A stretch of 64,000 nt of DNA from the human T2T-CHM13v2.0 reference genome, Homo sapiens (GCF_009914755.1 NC_060935.1); one strand, 5' to 3'; positions 13,701-26,766 are shown, counted from the first letter of the stretch. Numbers and translations are program-made. The notes: generated by a model from the letters alone, not told the origin.

Positions 13701-14965
13701 GAGGTCTTTCCATTAAGATAGGCTGACATTTCTTTACTACTATTTTCTATCTTGAGAAAAATAAAGTTATTTTTATACTGTTGCCAAACAAATAGAACCA
13801 TGACTCATGTAGCTAATTTTGTGTGTTTTTAACAATTCCAGCAATTTCTGACTTTAACAAATACTCCTTCTGAGAAATGAAAGATGGGGTCTTTTGTGAG
13901 GTGGATGGTATAAAGAAACCCAAACAAGACTAAAGATATGATTAAGGCTGGGAACCTGAAAAGCTAATTAGTCATGAGGTCCTAGAGGCAAGTGGGACTT
14001 GGGCCTGTTTTAAGCTGGACTGGAACATGCATTTGCAAAGAGGAGGGGCAGGGGAGGCACTCAGAGTTGTTGGACTCCATGAAAGGGAGCCACATGAGAG
14101 GCAGTACTCTAGTTCCAAGGCATGTTTGATTCCCTTGAAGCAGTATCCTGAGCTCACAGTGAATCTGGCAGCAAGAAAGGATAGGATCTTGCCGATAGCA
14201 AAGACAACTGTCCATTCATATGACAAATATTTTAGTTCCTGTATGTCAGACACAAGTAGTCTCTGGGTGTACAATAGTAAACAGGAGGCACACAGTGGCT
14301 GCACTCACAAGCTTGAACCCTAGGGAAGAAGAAGGGTTCCAGGCCCCAGCTAAGTGATCCCAGCATCCCATGAGAGCTCCAAACTCAGCTGAACCTCAGT
14401 GGAAACCAGGGCAGCAGCCGTGTCATACACAGCACACATAAAGGGGACAGGGGAAAATTGCACCATCTAGAGCACACAGTTGCTTGCCAGCTTCTCCCCC
14501 ACCCGCCCACCCTCCCTCCACTGCTGGATACCAAGGTGGCCTTTAGACCCACCTCTTACTGAGGAACAGATTCCCCATGCACTGTTAGGACAGGCTCTTA
14601 CTGGCCAGGTGCTGAGTATTTGCAGCTGAGTGGAGTTGGATGTGATAAGGTTCGACAGTAGCCTCAGAGAGCTTAAGAAGTAGCTACACTCAAACTCTGC
14701 CAGATATGCCTCATAATTACCTAAGCCTGGGCAGGAATGGAATTGCTCATTTGGCTCTCCAGCATTCTTGCTGCCAAGAGTCCACCCCTCAAATTACAGG
14801 CAGCTTTTAGACGTTTTGTTACATCTGTACGGAGCCCCTTTCCTGGTATTCACTAAAATAAAATAAATGTGGTTAAGGTTACATAGGTCCTTTTTAAGCA
14901 CACGAAGCCTTGTGTGGCACAAAAAATAGGATTAATTTGTATTTGTGTTGATCTTCATTATTTGC

Positions 14966-15430
14966 TGTATTTTTAATTGCCTAGGACTGCTGTAAGAACA
15001 CAAAAACTGAGTGGCTTAAAATACTATAAATTTGTTGTCTCACAGGTTTAGAGACAAGAAGTCCAAACTCAAGGTGTCAGCAGGACCAACAGTTCTCTGA
15101 GAGCTCTAGAGGCGATTCCTTCCTTGGCTTTTCCAGCATCAGGCGGTCGCCGGCAATCCTGGCCATACCTTGGCTTGTAGATGCATTGCCCTAGTCACAT
15201 GGCCGTCTTCTCCCTGTGTGTCCTCACACTGTCTTCCCTTTGTGTATGTGTCTAAATTTTCCCTTTTTATAAGGATGCCAATCATATTGGATTATCCCCC
15301 ACCCTAGTGACTTCATTTTAACTTGATTACCTCTGTAAAGACCCCATTTCCAAATAAGGTCATATTCTGAGATACTGGGAGTTAAGACCTCAACTATCTT
15401 TTGAGGGGGACCACAATTCAACCCACAACA
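14966..15430 (-). mobile_element. MLT1B-like MaLR LTR
   Basis: 'gtccaaactcaaggtgtcagcagg...tttccaaataaggtcatattctgag...caattcaacccacaaca'. Confidence 0.85.
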
Positions 15431-15648
15431 TTTATTAGAGGTAATAAATGGATCTTGAGCCCTGTGCTAGGAATCTAATCACATATTCATTCATTCATTC
15501 TCTCTGTCATCACATTCTATGGAAAAGTAAACATGATTTTTTTCAACTTAGAATGTTTCTAGGATCATCACCTTTTGAAAATGGAAATAAAGCTGCCTAT
15601 GCCATTCATTTAGCAATTAAACTCTCTAGACTCTCTAGTGTTTTGTGA

Positions 15649-16012
<364 letters not shown>

Positions 16013-17036
16013 TAGACTCACTGAGGGAAGGGCTTCTAGTGGTTCATCTCACAGAGGAACATTCTGGTTACACTTTATGGGCAGAACAAATGATCAAAGC
16101 ATGTCACCAATATCATCTATGCTTTCCATAACATGCGCTGCTTCAAGAAAAATAACTCTGCCCTTTGGCTTGATAAAAATACTGGTATGGTTATTTTTGC
16201 CATATACATAATTCCTGCTGCAATTAAGATTCCCACACAAAAGGGGGTCTCTTTGTATAATAGGTCCTTAACAAATGGGAGCATATGATTATATGACCAT
16301 TTGACATTTCGGGTGAAGCTCAAGTGACAAGGTGAGTGGAAAGTCCCTTATTTAATTCTAAAGTTCCATAAAATTCATCCAGTCATCATGGGTTACACAT
16401 TACTATTGCCAGATTCCAAAAAGTGATAAGAAAGCAGAGGCAAGTACCTGCCTCCAGTAAAGGAGGCAGAGGAATAACAAATGACTACTATAACAGTGTG
16501 ATTAACTGCTCTCAGAACCTGGGGTCTTTTAGTATGATAGAATATTCCAAAGTAAAGGTGCTTAATTGATTCAGGGAGCTTAAAACAGAAGGTAACACTT
16601 GGGCTAAGAATGAGAGGCTCAGTAAAAATTAGCAAGCAGAGAAAGTCAAGGAGTGAATTTATGAAGGTAACATGGATATTGAGCATTAAAGCACCTACAA
16701 TTAGTACAAAATTTCTGGAACACAGGTACTATTAGGAGAGTGGTAAATGAGAAAAGAGAGGCCGGCTGAAGCCACATTTCTAAGCAAAGTCTTTACCCTA
16801 GAAGTAACAGGGAGCCATTGAAGGATTTTAAGCAAAGAAGTGAAGACACCAGAATTGCTTTTTAGAAATATTACCTCAGCGAGCAATGGGAAGAATGGTT
16901 GAGAGGATTGTGAGCCCAGAGACAAGGAGGTCATTAGGCAATCATGGTACTAGATTAGGTGAGGGGTAATGAAGGCCCAAACTAAGGAAGTGGCATTGTA
17001 AAGGAGTAGAGGAGACAGATGAGAGTTGCTTAGAAC

Positions 17037-17363
17037 AGTGTCTTTCAAACTGCAGACCCAACCTATCAGTGAGCCATGAAATCAGCTTAATGAATAATAG
17101 CCAGGTTTTATTAACAAATGGAAAATAAACTATCAGTGTAACATATAGCTTCTTAGAAAGAATCTGGGCTCTGTAAAAAATTTTCAATTATATATGAAAA
17201 CATAATTGAGTATTAATATAGATTATAATAATATTTCCACTATTCAATATGGGGATGTTTGTCTGAATATGGATTTATATAAACATGGTTATGAATATAT
17301 TGACACATAATGTCCAGTGAAGTTTTTCTGAAGGTCATGGATAAAAGTATTTAAAACACACTG
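17037..17363. mobile_element. hAT-Charlie-type MITE
   Basis: Imperfect terminal inverted repeats cagtgtctttcaaac ... tttaaaacacactg around an AT-rich core. Confidence 0.5.
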
Positions 17364-17859
17364 GCATAGAAGGTAATATGAAATAGGTCTTGGTAACTAT
17401 TTGAACAGGATGGGACAGGCTAAAAGAGTATGGCGAGGTTGACTGTGGCTAGTCAGTTTGTGCATGTGTTCGATTTTGGGCACAAAGTTTGAGGAGTTTA
17501 TGAGCCCCAAGAGACTCTATCTAGGAAAGAGGCAAGTAATGGGTCTGGGACAGAAGAAAGAAGCCAAAGTTGCAGGTATAGATTTGAGGGTCACTGAAAC
17601 ATTAAGAATAACTAATCCCTTGGGAAAAGACACTAACACCCAGAAAGAATGTATGGAGGGCAAAGAATACAGGACAGAAGTGAGGGAACCCTGGGTCACA
17701 CCAATGTATAAGGTCACATCAGTGAGGAAGAAGGCATGGCCAGGAAGTTATGAGGAAAACCAAAAGCAAATGAGATATCAAAAACCCAAAGAGGAGAGTT
17801 TTAGGGAGACAGAGCCCAACTGTTTAAATGTGGCACAGAAGTCAAAAAAACTGAAGTCT

Positions 17860-18369
<510 letters not shown>

Positions 18370-18842
18370 TTATGTAGCAGGTGAGGTAGAAGCAAAAAGT
18401 GTAGCTTCTTTTTCAGAGAGTTGACTCTTACGAAAAGATGACGGAGAAATATCTAGGGAGGGATACAGGGCTGAGAGAGCTTTTCACTTACTTATTCCTC
18501 TTTGTTCTTTCTTTTAAAAATCATGCTAAACGTTTATTTCTAGCATGAGAGAAAAAAGTGGGGAGCAAGGATGAGGCTGAAGATATGGCCAATAAGGAGA
18601 AGATGGAGCAACAGCTTGTCCTCATGAGGCAGGAGGGGCAGGATCCTGAACCATGAGGGCAAGAGAAGGTCCTGCTTGCTGAAGAGAGAAATTGTGTGGA
18701 AAAGTGGGGTGGGAAATGGAAGGGTGTCACAACACATGGTCTCCATCTTGTCAGGACCTGGGAGTGAGAGAAGGGATAGGGTGGAGGCTTGAATGGAGAT
18801 GCGCAAAGGTTTGGGACATGAGGAGGATACAGGAAGACACTA

Positions 18843-19463
<621 letters not shown>

Positions 19464-19952
19464 TTACTAATGGGCAGTACTTACTGTACTACAGTAAGCG
19501 GCATGGTCAGACACATTATGTGCCCAGACTGGAAGGCAAGGTGGGGAGGAATAGGGCTACATAGGGACCTGAGTAACAGGATGGATTGGAACCTTGACAT
19601 AATGCCAAGCCTTGGTTGTCTGCTACTAAGTACTGCCCCCTTCCTCTTAGAGGATATTTATATATACCCTATGCCAAATCACAATAACGCTTTGTGATCG
19701 ATCGTTATCCAATTTTTCCAATGCATAAACCATGCTTCAATTTGGTTAAGTTACTCGTTCACTGCAGGTAAATCAGCAGAGATGAGATGCACCTAAGTTG
19801 ATTTAGCCCCTCCCCTTGGCCTTTCTTATTTGTCACCTATAACAATGAAGATAATAACACCGAAGCACAGGCCTCTGTAGGGAACAAAGGAAATAATGTA
19901 TATGAAAGCACCAAACACCCCACAGACACTTTCTATATACATTTCTCTAGCA

Positions 19953-20163
19953 TAGTGGTTCTCAACTGGCAGTAATTTTTCCTCCCAGGGAGACATGAGG
20001 TAATGGGGATATTTTTCTATTGTCACAACTAAGGCAGTGCTACTGGCTTCGAATGGGTAGAGGCCAGGGGTGCTGCTAAACACTCTACAATGCACAGGAT
20101 AGCTCCCACAGCAAAGAATTATGACACCCAAAATGTCAATAGTGCTGAAGTTGAAAAAACCTG
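19953..20163 (+). mobile_element. MER20 (hAT-Charlie)
   Basis: 'gtggttctcaac...gggtagaggccaggggtgctgctaaaca...caaaatgtcaatagtgctgaagttga'. Confidence 0.9.
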
Positions 20164-20348
20164 CTAGTACCATAATACAGGGAACTGGAAACCACACACA
20201 TGTACAAAGCACAGGAGAGCCTGGCAAGTAACAGGCAGGTCTTGGTATTAGGACACTTGTATATTTGGATCTTGGATCCACCACTTGCTGTTGACAAGCT
20301 ATTTATCTTACCTGAGCCTCAGTTTTCAAATAGGGATAATGACAGTAC

Positions 20349-20709
20349 TGTATTAGTCTGTTCTCACACTGCTATAAAGATACTACCTGAGACTGGGTAA
20401 TTTATAAATGAAAGAGGTTTAATTGACTCACAGTTCCACATGGCTGGGAGGCCTCATGAAACTTACAATCATGGCAGAAGGTGAAGCAGCAGGAAGGCAC
20501 GTCTTACATGGTGGCAGGAGAGAGAGATAGCAAGGAAGTGCCACACTTTATAACCATCAGATCTCATGAGAACTCCCTCACTATCACAAGAACAGCATGG
20601 AGGAAACCACCCCCATGATCCAATCACCTTCCACTAGGACCTCCCTCGACATGTGGGGATTACAATTAGAGATGACATTTGGCTAGGGACACAGATCCAA
20701 ACAGTATCA
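20349..20709 (-). mobile_element. THE1D/MSTA solo LTR inserted in a MIR
   Basis: tgtattagtc...acagtatca termini; 5-bp TSD agtac (20344-20348) / agcac (20710-20714). Confidence 0.9.
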
Positions 20710-22478
20710 AGCACCTACATCATGGCAATATTAAGAGGCTCAGTGAGTTAGCTTAAATGCCTGGGATGCGGAAACAATGTTGATATTATTATTAATTAAA
20801 CGTATAGCAAGCAAAACAGTAGGAGAGAGATAACCTGTTTTACTACACTAGGTAAGAAAGGAGAGGAGAATTAAGAAACATTACAATGACACTATAGTCT
20901 TAGTAACAGTCACAGGGTTATTAATGTTTTCCTACTGTGCAAGTGTATCCTGGATTGTATTCACAACAGTTTAGACAAATTAAATCGTTATTAAGTAATA
21001 TTCTGTTAGCACAATGGAATTAATCACCTTTAACCACTTTGGAAGAAATCCAATAGACATTAGCTTTCTGGAGTTGCAAAAGTTCTTTTCATCATTAACA
21101 GTACTCGTTCTATTTCCTGTGGTGCTTTCTTAAGAAAGGCTTTATTCAGAAGAAAATGACTTACTGATAGCATTTAAAGTTGCATCTACCATTGGTTAAT
21201 ACTCATTTTTTCCAGAAATTCTTTTATGAAAATATCACAATACTTTTGATGTGTGCAAACATGAACCTGGATTTTTACACCTCTTGCGGTAACACTCGGT
21301 TTTCAACTAACTCACATCCAGATATTCCTGCAATCAATCCTGGGTGCCTTGAAGCCAAGCAGCTCTCCTTTGCAGCATCATCAGAAGGCAGCCTCTCACT
21401 CAGATGTTCTGGGCGTTGCTCTCTTCATGCCTTTCTCCCCGCAGTTCTACAGCACCAAGGGCTCCTCTTTTCCCTCCAGCTGCTCACTTCCCACCAGTCT
21501 TTCCTCCCCTGCCCCTTAACCAACCTATTGGTGCCATGTGTCCTCTCTGCCACATTCATGGCTGGTAAAAATATTTCTTTTTCCCCAAATCTCCCTCGGA
21601 CAACAGATCATACTCCTCCCTGCAGAGCCCCTTCAGATTCCATTCATCAGACCTGCTATTCAGGGAACAGAAATTCCTTTGGAAACTTCACACCTTTCTT
21701 TATGCCCTTCCGTGGGGAGGGTGTGGGTATAAGGACTGAGGAAACAAAGGGAGGCAGAAACCAACAGAGGTGGAAGGGGAGCTGTGGAAGGAGAGAAGGA
21801 GGGATGGTAAAGAGGATGTACAGCTTGTAAGGGAAAGGGCAATCACCAGGCAAGTAGATAGCCCCCCGCCAAAAAAGGCATGGGACTCACAACTCTGTTT
21901 CCGTGTGTAGAAACCATTTATATATACACAGCAGAACCAATCAAGCACTGCCACAGCCTCAAGACATTTTACTTATTTCCCTCTGAGCTACCCAACCAGT
22001 TGTGAAGTGAGTAGAAGAACATTACCGTCTTCACCCTCTCAGATCACGAAAATTGATACAAAGAGGTTACAGTTTGCCCACCCTCTCCCTCCCAAAGTGG
22101 CTGGAAAATGGGGAAAAGACAGGAGAGAAATGGAACCCAGGTTTGCCAAATTTAAGTCTCCTACAAAAGAGATGTGCAAGAAAAGCCGGCCGAAAGAAAT
22201 AGAATAATGAGAGGCCAGGCAAAGAAAGAAGGAAAGTAAGCACTGGGACTGTGATAAGGGTGGAGGGAGATGGAAGCAGGAAGCGGGCAGAAAAAAGAGT
22301 TAAACCGTGACAGAAGAGAACCCTACCCAAGGACAAGCACAGGAGGTCAGCAGTGGACCACCGGCCTCCTCCCTCAGCCACAGGCTCACCTAACAAAGCT
22401 AAGCGACCAGACGGAAAACCGTCCTGTAAGAAAACACCCAAATCAGTAAGTCTCACCTCCATTCTTTTCAATATAGGC

Positions 22479-22484
22479 TTTAAT
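22479..22484 (-). terminator. Candidate distal poly(A) signal (ATTAAA) of FAM181B
   Basis: Plus-strand tttaat, ~420 nt past the stop; U/GU-rich sequence follows on the minus strand. Confidence 0.5.
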
Positions 22485-22771
22485 TCAAAATGCACTCAAG
22501 GAGAGGGAAGGGAGGGACTAGGACACTGTTTAGAAGGGGTAATTACACTAAATACACTGACCTTCGCTGAAAAATAGAAGGGACAGGTGGCTACAGAAGC
22601 CAGCTCTTACCCCTTTTGCCGTCCCCACCCCATACCCCAAACCATCTTGGTTTCTTGACTCCTCTGGTCCAGTAAGAACCTACAAACGTGTTTGTTTGTT
22701 TTTGTTTTAACACTTGAGGTTGTGATTAAACAATCCCCAACTCGTCTTCATCTCTTTTTTCTGAAGTTGCT

Positions 22772-22777
22772 TTTATT
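22772..22777 (-). terminator. Candidate proximal poly(A) signal (AATAAA) of FAM181B
   Basis: Plus-strand tttatt, ~130 nt past the stop codon. Confidence 0.4.
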
Positions 22778-22849
22778 AATTGAATTTTTAAAAATCTGGT
22801 TTCATCTCCACGTGCATTTTCCCATCGTTCTTCAGATTTAGGAGAAACC

Positions 22850-24450
22850 CACGGAGGCGCGGCGCTCTCCACAGCCGTCTCTAATGAAGGGAAGCGTGCC
22901 TCGAAGTCAGTCCCGGTGCGCCCCCTCCTCCCCCGGCGCCCCTTCCCAAACCCCGTCGGATCTCCAAAGGCTGGAATAGGCGGTGCGGCTGTAGCCCGCG
23001 CTGTAATCGTAGGACACCTGATGGGGCGGCGGCGGCGGGGGCAGGGCGCAGTCTGGAAAGAAGGGGGCGAAAGAGGCCAAATGGCCCCGCCCGTCCTCCC
23101 CGCCGGGAGAATCCGCAGCGGCGGGGTACAGGGGGCTCAAGGGCTCGTTCAAGGTCAAGCCGCCGCGGGGGGCAGTCAGGGGGCTCTTTTTGGTCGGGGA
23201 GCAGCCCGGGACGCTCCAGGGCTCGGGGTACAGTAGGTTTCCCACCACTGCCGGCGGCGGCTCAAAGAGGCCGGGCTCCAGCTCCGGGGGTCCCCGCAGT
23301 ACGGAGGCTCCGGCGGGGAACACGTCGAGAGGCTCGGCGGCAAGCAAGACTGCCGCCTCCGTGCCGGCGCCGTAGTCGGGCCCCAGCAGCTCAAAGAACT
23401 CCACGGCCTCCGCGCCCTTCTCCAGGTCGCCCAAGCTCACGTCCGGCCCCGACGGGCCACACCCGCCGCCGCCTGCCCGGGACGGCTCCGTGAAGAAGGA
23501 CGGAGGCAGATTGCGTGCCCGCAGCGGGACCTTCCTGGCCCCTGGGATCGCCGTGGCCCCCGCGGGGCCTGCCACGTCCCCTCCCGCGCCCCCAGTGCCC
23601 GCACCTCCTAGCCCGGCCGCCGGCGCAGCCACCTCACCCCCCGCCGGCTCGGCACCCCCGGGGACGTGGCGCAGCGAGTCGAAGAGCGCGGCCAGACTTC
23701 GGCTTTGCAAGCTGGCGGCCGCGGCGGCCTGCGACGCCTCCCGCCGGGGGGCAGCCTTGCCGTGGGCCGGGGCCGCGACTGTCGGGGCGCTAGGGGCGGC
23801 CAGCGGCCGTTTGGCTGGCGTGTCGGCGGCGCTCGGGGAGGGCGGGCCGGGGGGCGCGGCGCCCATGAGGCCGCTGCAGCGCTTGATCTGCTTCTGCAGG
23901 TACTTGCGGTGGTTCACCTTCCGCTTCGACTTGCCCGGCTTGTCCAGCGCCAGCTTGATGTTGCTGGACGCCGAGTCAATGAAGCTGAGTAGATCGCGGG
24001 TGGCCTCGCGCACGTCCCCTCCTTCGGCTCCCGACAGCAGCGCACCCGCCGGAGCCCCGGTCTCATCGTCCTCGAAACAGCAGCCCTTGTCCAGGGCTCC
24101 GAAGGCGCCCCCTAGCCCGTCCGGGGAGCCCCCGAAGCCGAAGGGCACGAAAGGGTGCGTGCTGAGGAGCGCCGCCTGCACCGCCATCGCCGCGGCTCCC
24201 GGGCTGTCCGCAGCGCTGCCCGTGCGCCCCCGCCAGCTCCTGCCCGCCGCCCAGACCCAGCTCCCGCCCCGGCGCGGCGCGCGCGGCGCAGCCTACTAGT
24301 TCCGGGCCTGGCTCGCTGCGCTGCCTCCCGGGGGAGCTCATTAGGTCTTGTAAGCAAGGGGCGGAGGGAGGGAGCGCGCGGCGACCGTCCCGGTGGTAGA
24401 GGGGAGGGGCTTACTTAGCCTGGCTTGGAGGAGTGGGGGGTCGCTTTAGT
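22850..24450. promoter_or_regulatory. CpG island covering FAM181B CDS, 5'UTR and proximal promoter
   Basis: Abrupt switch to very high GC with abundant CpG (cggcgcggcgcgcgcggcgc); GC-box-like ggggcgg at ~24358-24364. Confidence 0.93.
22907..24187 (-). CDS. FAM181B: Protein FAM181B (intronless; TEAD-interacting, Gly/Ala/Pro-rich)
   Basis: 426-aa ORF MAVQAALLSTHPF...; FAM181 block LLSFIDSASSNIKLALDKPGKSKRKVNHRKYLQKQIKR; YAP-like motif PLRARNLPPSFF; strong Kozak context GCGATGG. Confidence 0.97.
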   Translation of the reverse strand: MAVQAALLSTHPFVPFGFGGSPDGLGGAFGALDKGCCFEDDETGAPAGALLSGAEGGDVREATRDLLSFIDSASSNIKLALDKPGKSKRKVNHRKYLQKQIKRCSGLMGAAPPGPPSPSAADTPAKRPLAAPSAPTVAAPAHGKAAPRREASQAAAAASLQSRSLAALFDSLRHVPGGAEPAGGEVAAPAAGLGGAGTGGAGGDVAGPAGATAIPGARKVPLRARNLPPSFFTEPSRAGGGGCGPSGPDVSLGDLEKGAEAVEFFELLGPDYGAGTEAAVLLAAEPLDVFPAGASVLRGPPELEPGLFEPPPAVVGNLLYPEPWSVPGCSPTKKSPLTAPRGGLTLNEPLSPLYPAAADSPGGEDGRGHLASFAPFFPDCALPPPPPPHQVSYDYSAGYSRTAYSSLWRSDGVWEGAPGEEGAHRD

Positions 24451-24574
24451 TTTCTGAGCTTTCTGAAGCTCAACGCCTTAACTCCTTCGTTTCCCTTTGC
24501 CCCGTGGTGTTTCTCTTGACTCCTCTAACCGCAAGGGGTGAGGAAGAGATGGCTGGTCTCAAACTCCAGTTCAG

Positions 24575-24627
24575 GCCCATGAGGCCGCTGCAGCGCTTGA
24601 TAGGCTTCTGCAGGTACTTGCGGTGGT
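24575..24627 (-). repeat. 53-bp direct copy of FAM181B coding segment 23861-23913
   Basis: 51/53 identity by direct comparison. Confidence 0.95.
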
Positions 24628-24699
24628 GCCTCTCCTGAGGCAAGAAGGCAGGAGTCTAGAGACGTGGGTTTCAGTCCAGCTGTATAACAACACCCACCA

Positions 24700-24870
24700 G
24701 CTTCTGGGCGCTTGCTTCTGCCAGGCGCTGTCCATCTATTATCTCATTTAATCCTTGAACAACAGCCCTGTGAATTACATGTTATCGCCATTCAACAAAC
24801 GTGGACACTGCACCTCAGGGAGGTTCAGTGAGTTGGCCAAAGTCAGATCTAGCCCATTCTGACTCCAAAG
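24700..24870 (-). mobile_element. MIR SINE
   Basis: 'atctcatttaatccttgaacaacagccctgtga...gaggttcagtgagttggccaaagtca'. Confidence 0.75.
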
Positions 24871-25680
24871 CCATTCCTAAGCCCTTGACAATACTTGCGT
24901 CCTCTCTTGCCCTTGCCTTTCTCATCTATTAAGATGGGGAAGGAAAATGAGTATTTCTTAAAGCTCTAGACCTGATCCTAAGATTCTAACCTGAGTTTTC
25001 CCAGGATTCTCAAGCCCAGTGCTCTTTCTTCTTGACTGTTTGCCACTTGATTGTTACGAGTAACAATTGGCTAACAGTAAATTGAGGCCAGCAGTGGCCC
25101 ATCTTTTATTAACACATAGCAGGAGGCAATGGAGAAAGGAGTCGATCTGGCTAAGCCCCCTGTTACTTGAGAACACTGTGTGTGTATAAAACTCTCAGCA
25201 TGTTAGAATAAAAGATGGATTGGAACCTCTCCCCTACCTGTCATACCATTTAGGTTATCCCTGGAATTTTCATTGCATTTCAGGGATCATCATGAAGTTC
25301 ACTTAAAACTAATTTCACCTGGGCAATCCTCTTTGGGATAGATAGAGAAAATGAGCAATAAGGTCATTTTCACAAGAGATTCAGAAGAGGCTTGGGTTCT
25401 GGTCTTAGCCACCACTCAATAACCTCATGACTTAGGTTGAAATCCTTGCTCTGCTGAGTGCATGGCTTTAGACAAACCAGCGTACTCTCTCTGTTTAGCT
25501 TACTCATGTTAAATGCAGGTAAAGTTGCCCTCCCCACAGGGCACTTGTGATATTTAAATGATACATTGTTCCATAGCCTGGATGAGTATTCACCCTTACT
25601 TCTCTGAAACACAAAAAGGTGACTATATCCCTTACGTGTCTTCTGGATCATAGGGTGTTCATGAGCATTAAGTGAGATCA

Positions 25681-25825
25681 TAGATGCTTCTCAATTTGTG
25701 ATAGAGCAACAACATCCTGATAAACACATTGTAAGTTGAAAATATTGTAGGTTAAAATGCATGTAATACACTGATTCAAGTTGGAAAATCATAAAGTTGA
25801 ACCATCATAAGTTGGGGACTGTCTC
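25681..25825 (+). mobile_element. MER47A/Tigger5-like MITE, internally deleted
   Basis: 'agatgcttctcaattt...gtaagttgaaaatattgta...ccatcataagttggggactgtct'. Confidence 0.75.
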
Positions 25826-26018
25826 TATATGAAAACACTGTGTGTGTGATAAAGTGTTCTCTAAATAAGTTACTCTAGTTTCGATACAGAGCTTGCATAG
25901 GAGAGACATAGACCATCTCTTTCAAAACTCTTTTTATTAAGCCTCACTTTGTAGATGTAGCGAAACCATTTTTGAACACCATGAAGGCACAGCCTTACCA
26001 AAGAAAAAAGGCCAGATG

Positions 26019-26766
26019 GGCCATCAGAGAAATACAAATCAAAACCGCAATGAGATACCATCTCACACCAGTTAGAATGACGATCATTAAAAAGTCAGGA
26101 AACAACAGGTGCTGGAGAGCATGTGGAGAAATAGGAACACTTTTATACTGTTGGTGGGACTGTAAACTAGTTCAACCATTGTGGAAGACAGTGTGGCGAT
26201 TCCTCAAGGATCTAGAACTAGAAATACCATTTGAACCAGCCATCCCATTACTGGGTATATACCCAAAGTATTATAAATCTTGCTGCTATAAAGACACGTG
26301 CACACGTATGTTTATTGTGGCACATAGCAAAGACTATTATTCACATAGCAAAGACTTGGGACCAACCCAAATGTCTATCAGTGATACACTGGATTAAGAA
26401 AATGTGGCACATATACACCATAGAATACTATGCAGCCATAAAAAAGGATGACTTCATGTCTTTTGTAGGGACATGGATGAAGCTGGAAACCATCATTCTG
26501 AGCAAACTATCGCAAGGACAGAAAACCAAACACTGCACAGGTGGGAAATGAACAATGAGAACACTTGGACACAGGGTGGGGAACATCACACACCGGGGCC
26601 TGTCGTGGGGTGGGGGGATGGGGGAGGGATAGCGTCAGGAGATATACCTAATGTAAATGACAAGTTAATGGGTGCAGCACACCAACATGGCACATGTATA
26701 CATACGTAACAAACCTGCACATTGTGCACATGTACCCTAGAACTTAAAGTATAATAAAAAAGAAAG
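26019..26766 (+). mobile_element. 5'-truncated L1PA (PA3-5-like) 3' end
   Basis: ORF2 C-terminus ([26 protein letters not shown]), 3'UTR and A tail; 19-bp TSD aaagaaaaaaggccagatg at 26000-26018 and 26767-26785. Confidence 0.96.

Noticed and set aside
21180-21830. 216-aa plus-strand ORF downstream of FAM181B
   Set aside because: Non-ATG start, no domain resemblance, composition typical of random non-coding sequence.
23490-24299. 269-aa plus-strand ORF and other short ORFs overlapping FAM181B
   Set aside because: Antisense shadow of a GC-rich CDS with few stop codons; low-complexity translation with no recognisable domain.
24063-24341. Out-of-frame upstream ATG ORF overlapping the FAM181B start
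   Set aside because: It matters only if transcription starts upstream of 24341, which cannot be established from the sequence.
24872-24877. TEAD (CATTCC) motif upstream of FAM181B suggesting feedback
   Set aside because: A single hexamer at a MIR edge is expected by chance.
26321-26356. 15-bp duplication cacatagcaaagact inside the L1PA
   Set aside because: Ordinary local slippage in a dead element.
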